DNA of 60,700 bases, the filler included, from Dirinaria sp. TL-2023a (lineage: Eukaryota): assembly GCA_051941275.1 (NCBI GenBank). It is 11 parts of 11 records of this genome, joined end to end, with 100 filler letters (N's around TTAATTAATTAA, not from the genome) between each part and the next. Parts side by side here need not be neighbours in the genome. Positions count along the whole stretch, not along the records: positions 55,286 to 60,700 come from JAVEBF010001666.1; 10 more parts are not named here. The stretch is one strand, 5' to 3'. Positions within the stretch are counted from its first letter, which is position 1; each line of letters starts with the position of its first letter. Position numbers and translations under genes: made by a program. Below, one piece after another: positions 59,764 to 60,700 of the stretch. Under the pieces are notes generated by a model. That model did not search any database and was not told where the DNA came from. It saw nothing but the letters and a program-made list of their open reading frames with translations.

Positions 59764-60700
59764 ATGCATCCCCCCATGTCTCTCACACAGACTTCAAATC
59801 CTGAAGAGCCTCCTCATGCACCACAACCGCCACCACCAATTCGACAAACAGTAGAATTCATAACCCCAGCATCACTGATTCAAACCGTACGAGCCGCGCT
59901 CTCAGAGAATAATAAGCTAGACACATCATGCCCAATCCAACCTCTAAGAAATTCATCATCCTCGGAAGAAAATCCCACCCACTTCCTGATCCCCACAACC
60001 TTCCTGAACACCGAATCTGAGGAGTCTCAAACATCTCGACTATTACTACTGCTGAAGGAGCTCAATCTCGAACATCTGGCTTCCCAGATAGATTGCACAA
60101 TCATCACGCAACCATCACAGACCAACGACAAAAGAGCATCATCCTCCATACCCAAAAGCAATAAACTCGCCAACACGGTCTATTCCTGGCTTCTCTCAAC
60201 CAACAATCTCCCACTTTGCGAAGTCGAGGCTCTCATCTGTAGGACATCTCGTTGGTCTTATAAGATCTACCCACCCCTGCTTCTCCTCCCTTCCACCACA
60301 GCACCATGGCCACAGCTTCTCTCTTCCTCCTTACAACCATATCTTCCTTCTCTGTACGCTGCGATTTGCGCCGCGTACAACGTCTCGCACCTCGCTCTCG
60401 AGGGACCGATCCCTTCTTCTTCTTCTTTTTCGTCCTGTTCCAGCAAGGAGGCAGAAGAGGAAGGGCCGAATATACTCCGCTCCCCCTCTAATCTTACGTC
60501 TTTACATGGGGATTTCGGCCCCGCTCTTCCTTCGCCACAGAATTATTCTCCCAAAGAGAAGGATTTCGAAAATGCATTCTGGTGCTCGACGGCGCAGAAT
60601 GGGATTGCGCAGGTTTGGGCACCAAGATATACGATGTTCTCGCGCGGCAATCTTTCGGAGAAGAAGCGGATTTTGGATTGGGGCTCTGGGAGGGGGGAGG
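59764..60700 (+). CDS. TRM12: tRNA wybutosine-synthesizing protein 2 (Tyw2/Trm12), 3'-truncated; absent from the ORF track because it has no stop codon
   Basis: Open frame from ATG 59764 (or 59776) to the window end: YKIYPPLLLLP, NILRSPSNLTSLHGDFGP and FWCSTAQNGIAQVWAPRYTMFSRGNLSEKKRIL. Confidence 0.87.
   Translation, partial: MHPPMSLTQTSNPEEPPHAPQPPPPIRQTVEFITPASLIQTVRAALSENNKLDTSCPIQPLRNSSSSEENPTHFLIPTTFLNTESEESQTSRLLLLLKELNLEHLASQIDCTIITQPSQTNDKRASSSIPKSNKLANTVYSWLLSTNNLPLCEVEALICRTSRWSYKIYPPLLLLPSTTAPWPQLLSSSLQPYLPSLYAAICAAYNVSHLALEGPIPSSSSFSSCSSKEAEEEGPNILRSPSNLTSLHGDFGPALPSPQNYSPKEKDFENAFWCSTAQNGIAQVWAPRYTMFSRGNLSEKKRILDWGSGRGE

Noticed and set aside
60306..60491. 61-aa ORF with a signal-peptide-like start
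   Set aside because: It lies out of frame inside the TRM12/TYW2 coding sequence.

Overview
This is eukaryotic DNA from a filamentous ascomycete (Pezizomycotina), with short GT-AG introns and CTRAY branch points. A lichen-forming lineage is plausible but cannot be shown from the sequence. The window is not one locus: it is 11 separate contigs (5445, 5441, 5437, 5431, 5428, 5424, 5423, 5421, 5419, 5416 and 5415 bp, in descending length) joined by artificial 100-bp N44-TTAATTAATTAA-N44 spacers, so neighbourhoods across spacers mean nothing and several genes are truncated. Housekeeping genes: TIM17, MEF2, CEM1, TES1, an F-box/WD40 protein, a Sec7-PH ARF-GEF, KIN17, LYS9, SCM3, cysteine synthase 2, RHO4, LCB3 and TRM12/TYW2. 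Accessory content: (1) two distantly homologous, intronless secreted proteins on unrelated contigs that define an unrecognised family with a CxxIPPGxCC motif and Kex2-type processing sites; (2) two copies of a non-autonomous TIR element (MITE) on different contigs; (3) a membrane-anchored fucose-lectin-like beta-propeller gene broken by one in-frame TGA; (4) a divergent O-methyltransferase-like/FSH1 serine hydrolase pair in which the OMT motifs are atypical; (5) a HeLo-like/ankyrin protein with no NACHT domain; (6) an orphan 7TM receptor-like gene; (7) apparent non-coding enrichment of TAAGGTA/TACCTTA. No rRNA, tRNA or CRISPR was found. Exon models were derived by hand, and family calls come from recalled motifs rather than database searches.
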